This document shows positions 58,480 to 61,341 of a stretch of DNA of 61,341 nucleotides, in pieces. The stretch lies in the NCBI GenBank assembly GCA_020536535.1, contig JAHLWZ010000882.1:1-61341 (forward strand). Direction: 5' to 3'. Origin of the DNA: Pelomyxa schiedti (Eukaryota > Protista > Evosea). The notes beneath the pieces were generated by a model that did no database searches, was not told the origin of the DNA, and saw only the letters and a program-made list of their open reading frames with translations. The position numbers and the translations under genes are program-made. The stretch's first letter is position 1, and each line of letters begins with the position of its first letter.

Positions 58480-59434
58480 TCAACAGTTGCAGCATGGGTG
58501 ATTGTTTTCACTCATTGGAGTAAGCCCCTTCTCTGTAGTGTTATCCTTCTTTGTGGGACTGTTTATAATGACTGTCAATAGGGCTTCCAAAGCAGCATCC
58601 AGTCCCAAATTATCCCGAGCACTGCACAGTGACCTCAGTTTTGTTTGAGAGGCAAGAGGGAACACAGAGGAGATACCAGCCACTGAATTCGTGTTCATTT
58701 GAAAAATTCTCAAGTTCCTCGTTGGTTTTACAGTGGTCTTTCAAGTCACACTATAAGAAGTTATGTCACAGCTGTGCGTGTGAAAGATAATTTAGTAAGA
58801 TGGCTATTGGCAGAAAGACCTTGTTAGCAAGGAGCCAGCATGGAATAGACTTATGTTGTCTGATAGATTCAGCATCAACGAGGTGTTTCCAGTTCTGCAC
58901 ATCGTCAAATGATGATGGGTCGGAAATATCGAAACAAATAAAAACGCCAGCAGCACCCTGCATATGCGCCTAGTAAAAAAAAATCAAGATTGAGACATCA
59001 GTCAGTGTGGTAGTGTATACAGCTGAGACAGCTCTGTATCTCTCCTGCCCTAAGAAAAGGTGTTTGTTCCCGTTCAGAACGTGACAAGTGCGTAGTCAAA
59101 CCTGCAAGGTCCCACAGCTGCACAAACACAGGTTTCCCAAGCAGTTCAACTGTGTGCATTTTACAATCCGCCCCCTTGATTTCCAGTAGTAAGTGCAAAC
59201 CAGGAGTGGCTTCTTTGTTGTGTGTTGTGTGTTGTGTTGTGTGTTGTGTGTGTGGAAGGGAGGAGGCCAAACGTTGGTCGTTGGGCGGGCAGGCACAAAC
59301 ACCCTCGTCGTAATGACGTCCAAAAAGGACGTCTTGCCGGTACATGTCCCGCCCGCAAGCATCACCTTGTGTATCTTCTTCCCCTTTGGTGCACCCAGCA
59401 GTGGGTTCGTTTCATTTGCCTGGGAGGCCGCCAT
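58480..59434 (-). CDS. Rab family small GTPase (Rab32/38/Rab7 group-like), multi-exon
   Basis: GGTCTGKTS, QLWDLAG-QERYR, GAAGVFICFDIS, IPCWLLANK-CD, SARDNLGL and the C-terminal prenylation motif CCNC. Confidence 0.88.
59216..59254. repeat. Intronic TG-rich microsatellite (tgtgt/tgtgtgt units)
   Basis: tgtgttgtgtgttgtgttgtgtgttgtgtgtgtgg seen directly. Confidence 0.85.
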
Positions 59435-59720
59435 TCAACCCTACCCTACCCGCCTCAGTGATTTTCCTTCACAAAACGGTTGCTTTTTAGCCCCACCAGT
59501 TTTTCCTCAGTTGAATAAAGGTTGTGGAAGCCTGCTGATGTGCAAGACCAAAGAGTGTGAGGTGTCAAATGCTTTTAACTTGATCGATTAATTAACACGA
59601 TTTTTTTTAAAAAAAAGGGACACAGTGAGGTGTGTTGTGGAGCCTGTAAATGGTGAAAAATCTAGAGTACAAACAGCTGCTACTGAGTAATGTTAGGGAA
59701 CGTAAGTTCTTGAACAAGAG

Positions 59721-61341
59721 TCAAAGGAAGAGTTTCTGTCTTTCCTGGATCATTTCTCTGCAGAATGGGCAATGTGTTACACGTTGCGCACACTAAACAC
59801 AGTTAGATGGAAGTTATGTGGGTGAATGATATAGGGTGAATTCCCTTCATTCTTACCGTGGAACAAAGCACTCCATGACCACAGGGATGAAACCGTACAT
59901 TGCGGGGGTTGCTGGAGCATACTATGCACATCATGTCAGGTGTCAAATTTGATGACTGCTTCTTGACTGAAAGTAACATTAGCTTTTTTTGGGCAATGGG
60001 TAGCATTGCTGCTAGTTTCTTGTGAACGTCATCCAAAGAGAGGAAGCTGTCTTTGCCTTGCAGAGCCATTTCGAGAGAGTAACTTTGGCAGTATTTCTCA
60101 TTCATCTTTTCGCAAGATGCATGCAAAGTTGCGAACTCTGATGCGCAGAACTGCTCTTCAAATACCTTGTGCATCGGCTCAGGGTATACAGACAGTAGAT
60201 TTTCGCACTCAATTACATCCAGAGTGTTAATTTCATCAAGACAACGAATTAGCGATGACAGGGATGGAAGTTGTGGTAGGTTTGTCAGCTTTGAATGCAA
60301 TGTGGGCTTCAAACGGCACAGTAGGCGATCTGCCAACATTAATACTAAGCATCAAATGGAATTTAACATACCTTCTTTTGGCATACTTGGAACAGAGGTC
60401 CCAGGAACCCTACTCAGCAGTTTTTGTATCAGACATGTAATGCGTTCGCTTGCCTCGTGGATGTCAGTCTCACTACTGTCTGTAGTGAGTGTGGTGCCGA
60501 GGAGTTGATGAATGTGTTCTTCAGAGTGCCTAAACTTGATTGATAGTGCTTCACGCAATTCCTGGAGTTCTTGCATATCTTCTGTTCGACGTGCTACTTG
60601 TTCTTGCAGTTCGCCCAAAGTCGCTTCCAAGTGCTCCAACTCTTCTGCAGCGGGCGTTACTTTGGAGAGCAGCTTTGTGGTCAGTTCATATAACGCCTCA
60701 ACTTCAGAGACAGGGGACAACGAGCCAAGAAACATAGGTCGTACTCGGTGAACGGAATCCCACACCGGTTGTTGATGGAAGGAGGAGGGTGGTTTTGATT
60801 GCAGTGGCTGCTGTTGTTGTGGTGGCTGAGCATGTGGTTGTTTCTTCAACTCCTGCAGTTGCAGTGTGAGCTGTTCGTTCCTCTGTTTCTCCAGCCTGAG
60901 TTCCTCCTTTATTCGGCCGTAGTCCTCATTCAGCGATTGCAGCTGCATAACCAGTTCCTCTTCGAGAATCTCTTCTTCCTCAACCTGGAGGTCGAAATTC
61001 CTTTGCTCCCAACCCACTGGCAGTTGTCTTCGGCTCTGCACCGCCTTGTTATATTGAGAGTTGTATTGCTTACGTACCCGCCGTAGGTGAGTGACATCCT
61101 GGCCCCCTTCTTCGTCATCGTCACCGTCTTCATCGTCATCGTCATCGTCACCGTCGTCCTCGGCATCCTCACTCTCGCCCTGCTCCTGGTCATGCTCGCT
61201 AGGGACAGCCGGTCCATCTTCAGCGATCGCGCCGTCCTCATCACCATCAGACTCGGCCTCATCCTCGTCTTCCTCGTCGTTCCAGTCCTCTTGCGCCCCC
61301 CTTTCCCCCTCGCCCTCGCCCTCTACCTCCCCCCCTTCCTC
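59721..61341 (-). CDS. Coiled-coil protein with a C-terminal C3HC4 RING finger (E3 ligase-like); 5' end beyond the window
   Basis: CIVCSSNPRNVRFHPCGHGVLCST-CAQRVTHCPFCREMI (spliced). Coiled-coil heptads at 60500-60950. Acidic D/E-rich exon at 61086-61341. Confidence 0.88.

Noticed and set aside
61005-61035. LPVGWEQR resembles the start of a WW domain in the RING protein
   Set aside because: The aromatic pair and second Trp/Pro of WW are absent.

Overview
Gene-dense, intron-rich eukaryotic genomic DNA using the standard code, with many short GT-AG introns of about 30-90 nt, so the ORF track shows only exon fragments. Gene content (CudA-like factor, 4-repeat alpha-actinin, Sel1-repeat expansion) points to an amoebozoan, possibly an archamoeba such as Pelomyxa; this is inference. 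Left to right: a decayed Ty3/gypsy LTR retroelement; a tandem pair plus a third remnant of N-myristoylated dynamin-like GTPase / hydrophobic hairpin / pseudokinase fusion genes; alpha-actinin; a two-exon NOP10 missed by the ORF track that keeps the archaeal-type C4 zinc ribbon; EAF; serine racemase-like; SPRY protein; BAR-RhoGAP; tubby-like; a perfect 39-bp-arm hairpin and an unresolved degenerate region; bromodomain-ET; tandem-DH RhoGEF; DNPH1; CudA-like factor; an unknown multipass membrane protein; three Sel1-repeat genes plus a decayed fourth; a USP9/24/34-type protein whose catalytic Cys is Asp; a kinesin-8-like motor behind a ~530-aa low-complexity N-terminus; a BRSK/SAD-type kinase; a Rab32/Rab7-group GTPase; and a RING E3 cut by the window end. 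The strongest novelty candidates are the GTPase-pseudokinase family and the zinc-ribbon NOP10. No rRNA, tRNA or CRISPR array was found. Gene models were spliced by eye and boundaries of minor exons are approximate.
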